From an uncultured SAR86 cluster bacterium (lineage in GTDB: Bacteria; Pseudomonadota; Gammaproteobacteria; Magnimaribacterales; TMED112), in contig CACLXU010000002.1 of the NCBI GenBank assembly GCA_902610995.1, positions 64,036 through 128,035 on the forward strand: a stretch of 64,000 nt of DNA. Reading direction: 5' to 3'. Shown in pieces: positions 63,531 to 64,000 of the stretch. A program made the translations under genes and the position numbers. Within the stretch, counting starts at the first letter, position 1. Each line of letters starts with the position of its first letter. The notes beneath the pieces are model-generated. The model saw nothing but the letters and a program-made list of their open reading frames with translations. It made no database searches and was not told where the DNA came from.

Positions 63531-64000
63531 ATGGTGAAGAGAATGCAAAGAAAAGATCTAAAAATCTTATTATTGCAAATTAGAGATGACCAGAAAGTCA
63601 GAGATGAGGAGCACCAAAGCTTTGCAAGATATAGCAATTTAAATCCTGAACAAATTCACGTTCATAATGTTTTTGATAAGCCTAATTTTCATCCAGATAT
63701 AGTTGATGGTTTCGATGCCCTCTATGTTGGAGGTGCTAGTGAAGCTAATGTCTTATTGCCAAATAAGTATATATTTGTAGAAGATTGCCTTGAATTAATC
63801 AGATATGCAGCCGATAGGAATGTTCCCACTTTTGCTTCATGTTTTGGTTTTCAGCTGGCCATACTAGCATTTGGGGGGACAATCTTGAGTCGAGAGACTG
63901 ATTATGAAATGGGTAGCATTCCAATTACTCTGACTAATCTTGCCAATGTAGATAAAGTATATAAAGGCATAAAAAGCGGCTTTTCGGCATTATCTATCCA
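63531..64000 (+). CDS. Class I glutamine amidotransferase-like protein (partial, 3' end off the window)
   Basis: Not in the track because there is no stop. My translation is MVKRMQRKDLKILLLQIRDD...FDALYVGGASE...PTFASCFGFQLAILAFGG, which carries a GATase1 nucleophile Cys context. Confidence 0.75.
   Translation, partial: MVKRMQRKDLKILLLQIRDDQKVRDEEHQSFARYSNLNPEQIHVHNVFDKPNFHPDIVDGFDALYVGGASEANVLLPNKYIFVEDCLELIRYAADRNVPTFASCFGFQLAILAFGGTILSRETDYEMGSIPITLTNLANVDKVYKGIKSGFSALSI

Overview
The window is almost entirely conserved housekeeping genes from an AT-rich, very tightly packed chromosome with gammaproteobacterial gene order. My guess is a streamlined marine lineage, SAR86-like, held with low confidence. 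All core genes run on the minus strand. From the left edge they are dnaE (partial), rnhB, lpxB, lpxA, fabZ, lpxD, skp, bamA, rseP, dxr, uppS, frr, pyrH, tsf and rpsB. Next come dnaJ-dnaK-grpE-fur, then bamE, an NSS transporter, smpB plus tmRNA, rpsT, obg-rpmA-rplU, ispB-fabB, ssb and uvrA. One continuous block then holds the alpha, spc, S10 and str operons, rpoBC, rplKAJL, nusG-secE, tRNA-Trp, tuf, tRNA-Thr and tRNA-Tyr. The right end holds msrA, two secreted proteins of unknown function flanking tRNA-Thr(UGU), an S9 peptidase and a partial glutamine amidotransferase. I see no rRNA, CRISPR array, mobile element, defence system or obvious pseudogene. I added genes missing from the ORF track (dnaE, rpmJ, tmRNA, four tRNAs, the GATase and a 55-aa ORF) and trimmed over-extended N-termini. 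I found no clear novel system. The observations worth a second look are: repeat-built K/A/P/E C-terminal tails on S2, L17 and L3; a DnaJ ortholog with its zinc-finger domain cleanly missing; no cdsA between uppS and dxr; rpsT starting 12 nt after the tmRNA 3' end; convergent genes that overlap at their stop codons; very short or absent classical r-protein leaders; and a small-TM-ORF / S9 peptidase / PDZ-protein cluster.
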